Below, one piece after another: positions 30,983-43,273 of a stretch of 64,000 bases of DNA. The stretch comes from Octopus vulgaris (Eukaryota). Each line of letters starts with the position of its first letter. Within the stretch, counting starts at the first letter, position 1. The position numbers and the translations under genes were made by a program. The notes beneath the pieces are model-generated. The model saw nothing but the letters and a program-made list of their open reading frames with translations, had not been told where the DNA came from and did no database searches. The DNA lies in the NCBI GenBank assembly GCA_951406725.2, contig OX597814.1:113770001-113834000 (forward strand), in the 5' to 3' direction.

Positions 30983-31034
30983 TTTGCCAAAAATATTTTC
31001 GTCGCTTTGAGACCGCGACCTGTTCACTGATAAA
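30983..31034 (-). ncRNA. Hammerhead-like motif with G3-C8 core
   Basis: UUUAUCA-GUGAACA-G GUCGC ggucucaaa GCGAC-GAAAAUAUUU-UUGGCAAA; stem I imperfect. Confidence 0.6.
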
Positions 31035-31332
31035 ATTCGCAGCACACAGTAATGTTGTTTTATTTTTATTTGGGTGTTTTTATTTTCTTATTTGATTTTT
31101 ACCTGGTATATACATCTATTCAAATACGCTTGTATTTATTTTTCTCATTACACCTTTGTCTACTGAAAGTTATGTTCGTCTTGTATTTTTCCTTTTTGCT
31201 TTAATATTGTTAAAGACTTCCTATTTCATTCTTCAAATATTGTCTAACAATCGGAATTGTGTAACTCGAGTCATATTGCAAGATACACACACACACACAA
31301 ACATGAGAATTTTTATATATATATTTATATAT

Positions 31333-31398
<66 letters not shown>

Positions 31399-31658
31399 GT
31401 ATATAAAACAACTGATGCAACAATATCAATTTTTATCTTTGGTCAGACGTTTTTTGGTTATTCTATATTTCCAAGAATACCCTATACAAATTACATAATC
31501 CGATAAAATCAAATAAAGACGCTAAAGATATACAAGTTTGCGTTTCTTCATAAATACCAATACACACACACACATATACACCTGTCTGTCTGTCAATCTA
31601 TATATATATATATATATGTATGCATATGTGCATATTTGTATGTATACATATGTATATG

Positions 31659-31702
<44 letters not shown>

Positions 31703-31762
31703 CATACACACACATATGGATACATAATACATATATACGTGTGTGTGTATATATATATATAT

Positions 31763-32083
31763 ATCTCTCTATATAAACGGCAGTTTGTCTGTGCGTTTTC
31801 TGTGTGTCTGTTTTCTCGTACCCTCACTCTGACCACGGCTTTCAACCGATTCTGATGAAACTTGACACACACATAGCCCAATGTCATAATTCAAAACTAA
31901 CGCAGCGAAAATTTTGAAAAGTTCTCCCAGTTCTGAAAAAAATCGATAAATTCGACATGGGGTCGAGAATCAGGAACCCAAACCACAGACCGTCTAGGGG
32001 ACGCAACTCCACCTTTTTTAACTCTCAAAACTTTATAGTTATTTCCCTTACAAACCCGAGCAACGCCGGGCGATACTGCTAGT
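31763..32083 (-). mobile_element. Helentron/HINE-like non-autonomous element
   Basis: Minus strand starts ACTAGCAGTATCGCCCGGCGTTGCTCGGGTTTGT and ends acagac...tttatatagagagat. Confidence 0.55.
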
Positions 32084-32657
32084 AAATATATATATATTTA
32101 CACATATGTAGCTTCCCCACCCTCAACATTCGTTTCGTCAAAGCAATTTTGACCAATATATATATAATACTTATGAAATGCAAATGTATATTGTAATTTT
32201 CCGTCCGCCATTTTTTTGTCTTCTTCATAGAATTATTTCAAACCATTCGAAGAACAGATTTGCAAATTACGTGGATAAGATAAGACTAAATTTTCAGCTC
32301 TATGGTTTTCTTTAACCATAGATATTATATTCGTGATAGTGTGTTCCCTCATAATGCTATGTTATCGTTTTATCATCTTTCGCCATAACAAAAGATTGCA
32401 TATCAATAAATATATTGATAGCCTTGTTGTACAGAAGCAAAAGAACAAAATAGCTTTTGTTTTCTGTTTGTTTTTTTTTCTTTGTAAATCTCAGACGAAC
32501 TTATCAAATATTATTAACAAATATTTGAATTAAAAATAAATAAACAAACTAGAAAATAAATAATTGTAATGAAATAAAGTGAAATAAAATAAAAAAGGTA
32601 TTTTTGTCTGATATAGCAGATCTCGTGATCGTATAAGACAGTAATAAATAAAAAAGA

Positions 32658-33128
<471 letters not shown>

Positions 33129-33607
33129 TACCTTTGTACTTGCCGGATATTAGATTCAAACAGAGTATGTCATTCGTTGAGAAGCTGAATGCGTAAATCG
33201 GAAACGGCGTCCTATTATTTTTGCAATATTTCAGTTTTTCTAAGGAATGTTCTTTCTTGAAAGCAAAGCAGTTCAAAAACTAAATTGGAATTGGTCTGAA
33301 AGATGGTTATTCCATCATATCAATCAATTTATTGTTTAGTCTGGTAGAGTAATTGATTGATGAAATGTCTGTCTTGGCGGTTTGAGATGTCCAACTCAAG
33401 TATTCTATACAACGTAGCTTCCTTTACCGTTTCCTCTTCATGTCTGGAAATCTCATAGACATTATTTTGTTCTGTTCGGTTTCAATGATTTGCTGAAAGG
33501 AGAACGAGCAGCATATACGTCTCTTTCCAGCGTTTATTTTTTTTAAAGACAGGCGAGAAGATGGCAGGAAGTTACTCTCACACTGAAAGCTCGATCTGAA
33601 ACTAAGA

Positions 33608-34297
33608 CCAGACACCACTAAGCAGACCCCCAATGACCAGGTGGCGATGGTAAACCGGGCGAAGAATTCTTTAACTCTATACAGAATCGGTCTGTCTCTG
33701 CTGCTGATCTACTGCTGACAGCCAATATAGTTTCCACTTACCACATATGGAGCTTTCGTCAACATATCATGGGAGACCCTTTACTAGGACCAGGCACCAC
33801 TAAGCAAACCCCAGTGACCAGGGCGAAGAATTCTTTAACTCTACACAGAATCGGTCTGTCTCTGCTGTTCATCTGCTGTTGATAGCCTATATAGTTTCCG
33901 CTTACCACATACGGAGCTTTCGTCAACTTATCATGGGAGACCCTTTACTAGGTCCAGGCACCACTAAGCAGATCCCAGTTACCAGGTGGCGATGGTAAAT
34001 AGGGCGAAGAATTCTTTAACTCAACACAGAATCGGTCTGTCTCTGCTGTTCATCTGCTGTTAATAGCCTATATAGTTTCCGCTTACCACATACGGAGCTT
34101 TCGTCAACTTATCATGGGAGACCCTTTACTAGGTCCAGGCACCACTAAGCAGATCCCAGTTACCAGGTGGCGATGGTAAATAGGGCGAAGAATTCTTTAA
34201 TTCAACACAGAATCGGTCTGTCTATGCTGCTGACAGCCTATACAATTTCCGCTTATCACATACGGAGTTTTCGTCAACTTATCATGGGAGACCTTTT
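33608..34297. repeat. Tandem repeat, ~165-181-bp unit x ~4
   Basis: Units start at ~33608, 33789, 33953 and 34133 (ccaggcaccactaagcag...catgggagacc). Confidence 0.9.
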
Positions 34298-34691
34298 CCC
34301 AAGGAGCTGCGTGGTGGGTTTTACCGCAAAACACATTTGCGAAGTGAGGTCCATTATCACATAGACGCATCAATACGTTTACCTTGGAATTATCTTAATT
34401 ACCATCATAAAATTCTATTGTTACTTTACTGTATTTTCCGCCTGTATTCCTATATACTCTTTTACTCTTTTATACATTTCAGTCATTTGACTGCGGTCAT
34501 GCTGGAGCACCGCCTTTGGTCGAAAAAGTCGACCCCTGTACTTATTCTTCGTAAGCCTAGTACTTATTCTATCAGTGTCTTTTGCATGGCACTGCATGGC
34601 ACCTTGGGCAAGTGTCTTCGACTATAGCCTCGGACCGACCAAAGCCTTGTGAGTGGATTTGGTAGACGGAAACTGAAAGAAGCCCGTCGTA

Positions 34692-34736
<45 letters not shown>

Positions 34737-35280
34737 GAGAGTGTGTGTGTGTGTGTGTCTGTGTTTGTCCCTCCCAACATCGCTTGACAACCAATGCTGG
34801 TGTGTTTACGTCCCCGTAACTTAGCGGTTCGGCAAAAAGAGACCGATAGAATAAGTACTAGGTTTACAAAGAATAAGTCCTGAGGTCGATTTGCTCGACT
34901 AAAGGTGGTGCTCCAGCATGGCCACAGTTAAATGACTGAAACAAGTAAAAGAGTAAAGAGTAAGAGTACTATTATTAATGACCTTCACAAAGATTCAAAT
35001 AATATAATCAACTCTGAAATCCATCAAAATGCCACGTGACTATAAAATACGTAGAATACGTAGAATCAATCAAAAGTGATTATTCTATAAATAACCACTC
35101 CCCAACCAGCCACGAACATTTGCCAACTTCAACAAACACTGCTGCAGCTGCTAAATTTTACCCAAACGATCAGTTGAGAAAGACATCTCATCGAAGAATG
35201 TCATGGTTTACTACTACTACCAAGCCTAATTCAAACTAACAGCGGAGGAAAATTCCCCTTCGAGCAATGTCATACTTATA

Positions 35281-35371
35281 TGCCCTGAGGAGATCGTACT
35301 TATAATGCATAAACCGCTGCGTATAATATGCAACTATACGCAAATAGTGCGCTCGAAACACGTGTCGGGTA
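35281..35371 (+). ncRNA. Hammerhead ribozyme with branched stem II
   Basis: UGCC-CUGAGGA-GA UCGUACU...(UGCGUAUA/UAUACGCA)...AGUGCG CUC-GAAACACGUGUC-GGGUA; palindrome ACACGUGU. Confidence 0.8.
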
Positions 35372-35600
35372 ACTATTATGCATAAACTAACCGGAAACAA
35401 ACGAAGTTTGAATGTTCAAATTCTTCATTCTGCTTATCAATATTGTACTTTACACCCTAAGTAGCCAAGCAATAAACTGTAACATCGGATGGGAATTAAA
35501 GGAAGTTCACCAAAAAAATGCACCATCGAAAGGAACCAATCTTGGCATTTTACCTAGAGAAAGAAATTCGGTATGTGCCTGGATTTCATATCCCCACTCT

Positions 35601-35644
<44 letters not shown>

Positions 35645-35651
<7 letters not shown>

Positions 35652-36010
35652 AAAATGGTAAAGAGTGAAAAAACGCCAGAAGGCTTAAATGTTAAAAAAT
35701 ATATATATTTGTGTCAAAATGTCTGGAGAATATTGGAAAAATTTTTTTTCCTTTCCATGCAATATAAACATAACGTCACAAGAAATTTGAAAAGCTACAC
35801 GCGAAACCGGTATTTCTTTAAAAATTTTCTTTAAAAATTATAAAATTATGTCATTTTAAGGAAAGGAAAAAAAAATTTTTCCAATATTCTCCAGACATTT
35901 TGACACAAATATATATATTTTTTAACATTTAAGCCTTCTGTCGTTTTTTCACTCTTTACCATTTTCTTATATATTCACCCACGTGCTTTACCAAACAAAC
36001 TTTCTTATCT
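35645..36010 (+). mobile_element. Short PLE derivative: inverted partial pLTR + pLTR + ~36-nt tail, in (TA)n
   Basis: 35645-35756 is the inverted repeat of 35860-35974. The sequence matches 47806-48006. Unpaired tail at 35975-36010. Confidence 0.9.
35780..35818 (+). ncRNA. Minimal hammerhead ribozyme (U3-A8 core)
   Basis: AAGAAAU-UUGAAAA-GCuacacGC-GAAACCGGUA-UUUCUU. Confidence 0.75.
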
Positions 36011-36142
36011 ATATATATATATATCACCGTGATCACCGTGACCGACCAGGCTATCAGATGTTGCTACACATCGCTGGTCACAATGCGCTTCGCATTGTTT
36101 TAGCCTTCAAATGACGCCACCCCCGCTGGCTAAGCGAGCAGG

Positions 36143-36179
<37 letters not shown>

Positions 36180-36184
<5 letters not shown>

Positions 36185-36575
36185 AATTAAAGATAAAATA
36201 TCCCTTTGATGATTTCATCAAGTGGTCAGTGTGAAATAAAAAAATTTGTAGGTAACATTTCATACCAATTTATAATTATATAAAATAATTATATTGAAGG
36301 GTGCGGAGAAATCCCACCGACACGCTAGAAATAAACCCCCAAAACCACTTCCATACTCTATTTGCACAGTACTGATGACAGCAAGGTGTTTTTACAGCGC
36401 TAAGATAGAAATCGATTGACAATTGATCTAAGAATCTTATTTATTGTTTCATCTGCCCGCTTACAATCTGTGCTAATGGAGTATGGAAGTGGCGTCTATT
36501 TTTAGCGTGTTGGTGGGGTTTATCCGCACCTTTTGATATAATACCCTTTTATATAATTATAAATTTTATATAATT

Positions 36576-36585
<10 letters not shown>
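36180..36585. mobile_element. Older inverted-repeat PLE-type remnant in (TA)n with degenerate HHR
   Basis: 36270-36333 vs 36497-36563 are diverged inverted arms. CUGAUGA at 36372 and GAAAUCGAUU at 36408. Confidence 0.55.
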
Positions 36586-36612
<27 letters not shown>

Positions 36613-37799
36613 GCACACACACATAGTATATATTGAATAAATGAGACAACAAAGCCAAGGCAGCGTGAAATTTCTTGGACATTTATAAAGAGAGAGGTAG
36701 TCTTACAGCTGTTTTACAGCGCATGTGTATGTGTGTCTTTGTATCTGTGTTTGTACCCCACTGCCACTTCTCAACCGGTGTTGGTGTGTTAACGTCCCCA
36801 TTACTTAGCGGTTCGGCAAAAGAAGACCGATGCAATAAGTGATAGGCTTTAAAAAAGACATAAGTACTGGGGTCGATTCTTTTGATTAAAAATTCTTCAA
36901 GCCGGCGCCCCAGCATGACCGCAGTCTAATGACTAAAAGAGGTAATAGACAAAAGACAAAAAGACACAAATAACCCGAACTCCGGATTCTTTAGTTGGTG
37001 GATCGATTTAATTACTTCGATCCTCTTACTTCCGCAATAGCAATTTGAATTTTGATTATAAATTTTCTTCTGAAACTAAAAATTCTAAACCGGGGAGTTT
37101 ACAATATATATGTCTGTCAACATTTTCCATTGGCTATGTGTCATTTTTCAGACATCAGTCATTGTTTATAGACTTGTATCTCCACCCCTGCTACTTACTT
37201 AAATTTAGGCAGTCTGAACAGAGAGCGCCACCTTCCGACCTACCGTCTGATACCAATTGCAACCTTTTGACCAATCGTCTGGCAACATTAATCAATCTGG
37301 CTGCGGCGACTTTACACTGGATGCGTTACCGCATTAATTTAACTGTCTCTCAAACCAGTAACGATTTCTCATTATTATTATTTTTCAGTGGAGAAAGGCT
37401 TTCTTTCATAAAACATCCAGTACAACTCGTTATTGACTTTGTTTGTTACACCCAACTCAGTTTTATAGAAGCCATTAATACCACTCCAAGTCAACAACTT
37501 CTATTCAAGTAGGGTCAAACACACGTTTAATTTCGGTGGTTTTAGAGAGAAGCGAGTACTGTTGCTTTGTTTGACATCCTTCAAAACATCGTCTGCTAAG
37601 AGCTTCAGATCAACTGATGTCAAATTGCTACTGTCGTTATGTGAACACTTTGCTTCATCCCACCACCTCACTCCTTACCTATTTACATTTTTCTATGTGT
37701 ATATATGTGTGTGTGTATGTGTGTATCTATATAGATATGTATGTATATACATGTATATAAGTATATGTATATGAGTAGATGTAAGTTTTTATATATATA

Positions 37800-37864
<65 letters not shown>

Positions 37865-37897
37865 ATAAGTATATGTATATGAGTAGATGTAAGTATA

Positions 37898-37952
<55 letters not shown>

Positions 37953-38097
37953 TTGGTTTTGTCTCTAATAATATTATATATATATATATGTATATATATA
38001 TATGTATATGAGTAGGTGTATGTAAGTATGTATCTACATATATATATGTATGTATATATATATAAGTGTATATATATATATATGTATATAAATGTAA

Positions 38098-38130
<33 letters not shown>

Positions 38131-38139
38131 AATATATGC

Positions 38140-38190
<51 letters not shown>

Positions 38191-38550
38191 GAGAGAGAGA
38201 GAGAGAGAGATGCTCTGTTTGCTATAATTTTACCAATAAATCTCGGCTACATTGTTGTTGACCGTTGAACAGCTAAGTTCAATTACAAGTCATTGAAATT
38301 GTGATCTCTGTTGGAGGAAGACACACTCATGGCGCTCTCTCTCTCTCTACCACCCCCGCTCCCCCACAAACCACAGTTGAGAGGTTTTAATGTTATTGAT
38401 TCCATTCACAAGATTTTCAACAGTTTCAAGTGGAAGACTGAATGTTAATTCGTTAAAAAATACATGATTGATTTCAATGTTAAGACGGGATGAATTATGT
38501 ATGCGCGTGTCTATAAATGCATAGACATATAGTATATATATGTACATGTG

Positions 38551-38590
<40 letters not shown>

Positions 38591-38626
38591 TGTGTGTATG
38601 TATGTATATACATATACGCATGTGTA

Positions 38627-38685
<59 letters not shown>

Positions 38686-39300
38686 TTTTACTTGTTTAAG
38701 TCATTTGTCTGTGACCATGCTGGAGTACCCGCGTTAAAGGGTGTTAGTCGAAGGAATCGACCCCAGGACTTATAAGCCTAGCACTTATTCTATTGGTCTT
38801 TTTTGCCGAACCGGTAATTTACGGGGACAGCATCGGTCGTCAAGCGATGGTGGGAGTACAAGCACATACACAAATATATACATACACTCATATATATAAA
38901 CACCCCACCACATATATATATACGACAGGCTTCTTTCAGTTTCAGCCTACCAAAACCACTCACAAGGCTTTGGTTGAACTAAGGCTATAGTAGAAGACAC
39001 TTTCCCAAGATACCACGCAGTGAGACTGAACCCGGAACCGTGTGTTTGGGAAGCAAGCTTCTTACCACACAGCCACGCCTACCATATATGTGAATGGATT
39101 TGGTAGGCTGAAACTGGAAGAAGCCTGACGTATATATAAACATGTGTGTGTGTGAGTGCGCGCGCGCGCGTTTGTGCGTGTGTGTGTGTATGTATATATA
39201 TAAAGTTAATCCAAACATGAAAGCACAAAGAGAAAACACAATAACGCGAGGATGTGGAACAAGTATATTGGACGCCCCGGAAAGGAAAGAAAGAAGGAGG

Positions 39301-39335
39301 ATTTAACGTTTCGAACGAAGCACTTCGTCAGAAAC
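39301..39335 (-). ncRNA. Degenerate hammerhead, same family as 50273
   Basis: GUUU-CUGACGAA-GUGC uuc GUUC-GAAACGUU-AAAU. Confidence 0.6.
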
Positions 39336-39406
39336 ATAGGAAAAGGAAAGATCCAAGGAAGGGAAGATGGAGGAAACAAATCGCCAACGATACACACGCG
39401 GTCACA

Positions 39407-39458
<52 letters not shown>

Positions 39459-39925
39459 ATATATATATAAAGGAATACAAAAATGGGACGAGAACACAAA
39501 ACATCCAGACAGATGATACAAAAGAGAGACTAGAAAAACACGAAGTTTTCTTTCTTCAGTCAAGTTCCAGATTATCTTTGCAATTTCTGCTGGTTATACT
39601 CGAAATTGCTCCAAGAATGTACTCAATACAGTGAACTATTTCGCCCAGCTGGGATTAGATTTCTAGGCAAAGTGTCGCATTGCGTTCTTGAGCAAGGTAC
39701 TTCATTTCGCATTGCTTCATCAGCTTGTAGCACGGTCTATGATACGTGGTCATACTAGCTTGCAAGTAACGGCTCTCTCTCTCTCTCTCTATCTGTCTCT
39801 GTCTTTCGCTGTCTATTTTCCCCCTTTCTTTCTGTATATATACATACACACACACTTACTTACATATACGCACACACACATAAAAACACACACAGACTAT
39901 ATATATATATATGCATACATATATG

Positions 39926-39974
<49 letters not shown>

Positions 39975-40339
39975 GGTTATATATATATATATATATATAT
40001 GTATATAACTTCGTTCAACCACACCCTTGGTCTCTACCGCGAGAATGGTCTAGCTATCTCGCATAATTACATAATTGCAACGGCCATTCCATTGATAGAT
40101 TCTTTTCTTCTCTAGGAACAAGGCCTGAAATTTTTGGAGATGGGGCTAATCGATTAAATCGACCTCAGTACACAACTGGTACTTAATTTATCGAGCCAGA
40201 AAGGATGAAAGGCAAAGTCGACCTCGGCGAAATTTGAACTCAGAACGTAAAGACAGACAAAATACCGCATAGCATTTCTCCCAGCGTGCTAACGTTTTTG
40301 ACGGATCGCCGCCTTATTCCATTGATAAACTCTGTAAAG

Positions 40340-41160
40340 ATTAATTGAGGCTCTTAGTAATTGAGAACTAAATATAACAGTAGATACTTTACTTAATTAA
40401 TGCTAATTTCCTAGATGTGAATCTAGATTTAGCCACAGGTGCTATAAACCGAATGAAAAACTAAAATATATTAACAGAGGGTCCGACCACCCACTCGTAA
40501 CTTTTAAAAACCTAGTCCTCAATGTTAGATACAGGATCTCCATCTTATCTTCTTCTAGTGAGATATTTGATAAAACTGCCACTAACATCGGTAGAACTTC
40601 TTAAGATTATTAAATAAGCATTTCCCCCATTAACATTAGTATAGTAAGATATTCAGTCGGCATCCAATAAAATCATCTTTTTCTGCTGGCCTTCCATGAA
40701 GTAAAAAATTATCCAGAAAGTAAAATCGAAGAATACCCGGGATGCTCCTACAGAATATATGATGACAGCCCGCTACAACGAGAATGTAAAGTGAAGTCTG
40801 TAGTGTTTGATGACACCATTACAGCAGCTGAAATCTGCCAGAGAGTGGAGAAGAATATGACGGTTTTAAGTAAGTGTACAACTTACAAATCATTTCCTTT
40901 ATTAAACACCCAGGAAAGACGTCAACAACGGCATTTGCGAAGCGAGTCTGGGAACTAAAAGAGAAATGAACACCACATAACATCAAATGGGAAATTCTGG
41001 ATAGGTTCAGGCCGTATAACAAAGAAACAAAGAAATGTGCCATTTTTGCCTTAGTGAGAAGTTCCAGATATTAAAAGATTTAAAATCCAGTTATATATAC
41101 TTGAACGATAAGATTGAGATCTCCAGAGAATGCTTGCACATCTCGTCCTTCCTCACAACT
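40340..41160 (+). pseudogene. Decayed Penelope-like RT C-terminus / GIY-YIG remnant of a second family
   Basis: Frameshifted fragments NFLDVNLDLATG, YKPNEKLKYINRGSDHP, VWELK, HNIKWEILD, CLSEKFQI, YLNDKIEISRECLH. Decayed HHR-like CUGAUGA...GAAAGCAUUUGUC downstream at 41500-41548. Confidence 0.75.
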
Positions 41161-41684
41161 TAACACCCAACCAATACATCTCCACCTTAATCGGCTATGT
41201 AAATTAATTCTACACACACAGGAACACACATATACATACACACATATCAATCTATACCCATGATCTAAAATATATAACTGTCATATATATACAAAGCATG
41301 CACACTAAATGCATAAGCGCGTACACAGATAGCATAAACGAACAAGCGTAGGACAGCTAGCCAACCCACCAGTCACACAAGATCTACAAACCGCCAATAT
41401 ATTAACTGGAAATTTTCGCCCAAATATAACAGGAGTTATTTCCCCTCATTAATTCCATCCCTCTGAATCACGTGATCTCAAATTACCATCCCCATCATAT
41501 TTGGGACTGATGAGAGACCCATAAGAAAAGAAAGCATTTGTCTACAAATATGGATTTCGAAATCTAAGGCAGCTCAAACTGTACGTGTAGATTATATTAA
41601 TAAGATTCAGCTCCACTGACTATATAGAACGCTCTGCTTTCACTTCTGACTTTCTACGGAAACTTTCAATACTCGTTCTCTTTC

Positions 41685-41720
<36 letters not shown>

Positions 41721-41857
41721 TATTAGAGAGTTATCCACTATGTGGATAACTCTAGTGCTAAAAATAGCTCCGAAGCAACCACAGAAAAACCGTTTCCAAC
41801 TAGAATCAACACACATTCAACTGAAGGAAAGTGAAATACAACGAATAAAATAGATTG

Positions 41858-41933
41858 ACTCTATACAATTGTTTCATTACTAATGCAATATGTAGTTTTA
41901 CTTACATTTGCATCCATAAATCTTCGGTAGAGT
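41858..41933 (-). ncRNA. Hammerhead ribozyme, copy 1 of the 493-bp array
   Basis: ACUCUA-CCGAAGA-[long stem II AUGCAA/UUGCAU, AUGUA/UACAU]-GAAACAAUUGUA-UAGAGU. Perfect 6-bp stem I, palindrome ACAAUUGU, U4C core variant. Confidence 0.8.
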
Positions 41934-42350
41934 TTGTCAGAAATGCAATTAATTAGATCGATTCGGGCGTCAAAAACACGAGCGGTCCAACCAATTACAT
42001 TTTTAGTTATGTCTCAAATTCCGCGCCAAAAGCATGCCCAGACTCCATTGAAAACGTATGCCGCATCAAATAAAATATTGACTGCCGCGTAGTTAAATTT
42101 ATAAAATTATAAATGAGGGTGAAAAATCGATATTAATTTAATAATACCGTCAATTTAACACCAAGTGGTTTAGCACAAAAAACTACGGAGAAAATACAAA
42201 TTTATACATAAATTATTAGAGAGTTATCCACTATGTGGATAACTCTAGTGCTAAAAATAGCTCCGAAGCAACCACAGAAAAACCGTTTCCAACTAGAATC
42301 AACACACATTCAACTGAAGGAAAGTGAAATACAACGAATAAAATAGATTG

Positions 42351-42426
42351 ACTCTATACAATTGTTTCATTACTAATGCAATATGTAGTTTTACTTACAT
42401 TTGCATCCATAAATCTTCGGTAGAGT
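42351..42426 (-). ncRNA. Hammerhead ribozyme, copy 2 of the 493-bp array
   Basis: Same sequence as copy 1, offset +493. Confidence 0.8.
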
Positions 42427-42843
42427 TTGTCAGAAATGCAATTAATTAGATCGATTCGGGCGTCAAAAACACGAGCGGTCCAACCAATTACATTTTTAGT
42501 TATGTCTCAAATTCCGCGCCAAAAGCATGCCCAGACTCCATTGAAAACGTATGCCGCATCAAATAAAATATTGACTGCCGCGTAGTTAAATTTATAAAAT
42601 TATAAATGAGGGTGAAAAATCGATATTAATTTAATAATACCGTCAATTTAACACCAAGTGGTTTAGCACAAAAAACTACGGAGAAAATACAAATTTATAC
42701 ATAAATTATTAGAGAGTTATCCACTATGTGGATAACTCTAGTGCTAAAAATAGCTCCGAAGCAACCACAGAAAAACCGTTTCCAACTAGAATCAACACAC
42801 ATTCAACTGAAGGAAAGTGAAATACAACGAATAAAATAGATTG

Positions 42844-42919
42844 ACTCTATACAATTGTTTCATTACTAATGCAATATGTAGTTTTACTTACATTTGCATC
42901 CATAAATCTTCGGTAGAGT
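42844..42919 (-). ncRNA. Hammerhead ribozyme, copy 3 of the 493-bp array
   Basis: Same sequence as copy 1, offset +986. Confidence 0.8.
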
Positions 42920-43191
42920 TTGTCAGAAATGCAATTAATTAGATCGATTCGGGCGTCAAAAACACGAGCGGTCCAACCAATTACATTTTTAGTTATGTCT
43001 CAAATTCCGCGCCAAAAGCATGCCCAGACTCCATTGAAAACGTATGCCGCATCAAATAAAATATTGACTGCCGCGTAGTTAAATTTATAAAATTATAAAT
43101 GAGGGTGAAAAATCGATATTAATTTAATAATACCGTCAATTTAACACCAAGTATATATATATATCTTTATATTCGTTATGCCGTGTGAGCA

Positions 43192-43273
43192 GTACCTGAT
43201 GACTGTACTGGAACACCAGACGTTTTAAAACAACGTTTGGCCTGTTCTCAGTACATGAAACTAATAGTAGCAC
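43192..43273 (+). ncRNA. Hammerhead ribozyme with long stem II, in a ~140-bp insert between TA runs
   Basis: GUAC-CUGAUGA-C UGUACUG GAACA CCAGACGUU loop AACGUUUGG UGUUC CAGUACA U-GAAACUAAUAGUA-GCAC. Confidence 0.85.

Larger units (their letters stand above)
41715..43152 (-). repeat. Head-to-tail array of 493-bp hammerhead-bearing units (~2.9 copies), retrozyme-like
   Basis: Units start at 41715, 42208 and 42701 and look identical by eye. Flanked by (TA)n. One HHR per unit. Confidence 0.92.

Noticed and set aside
33428-33492. Minus-strand exon candidate QIIETEQNKIMSMRFPDMKRK with good splice signals
   Set aside because: Cannot be joined in frame to the nearby candidate at ~33132-33279 and has no recognisable homology; needs RNA-seq.
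37045-37512. 155-aa non-repetitive ORF
   Set aside because: No ATG start, no recognisable motif; length is compatible with chance.
39470-39615. TA-associated repeat (related pieces near 8340-8440 and 15640-15810) with CUGAAGA and GAAA words
   Set aside because: Could not assemble a convincing hammerhead fold by eye.
41715-43152. CRISPR-like or satellite interpretation of the repeats
   Set aside because: No unique spacers and eukaryotic context; the units are contiguous and carry HHRs.
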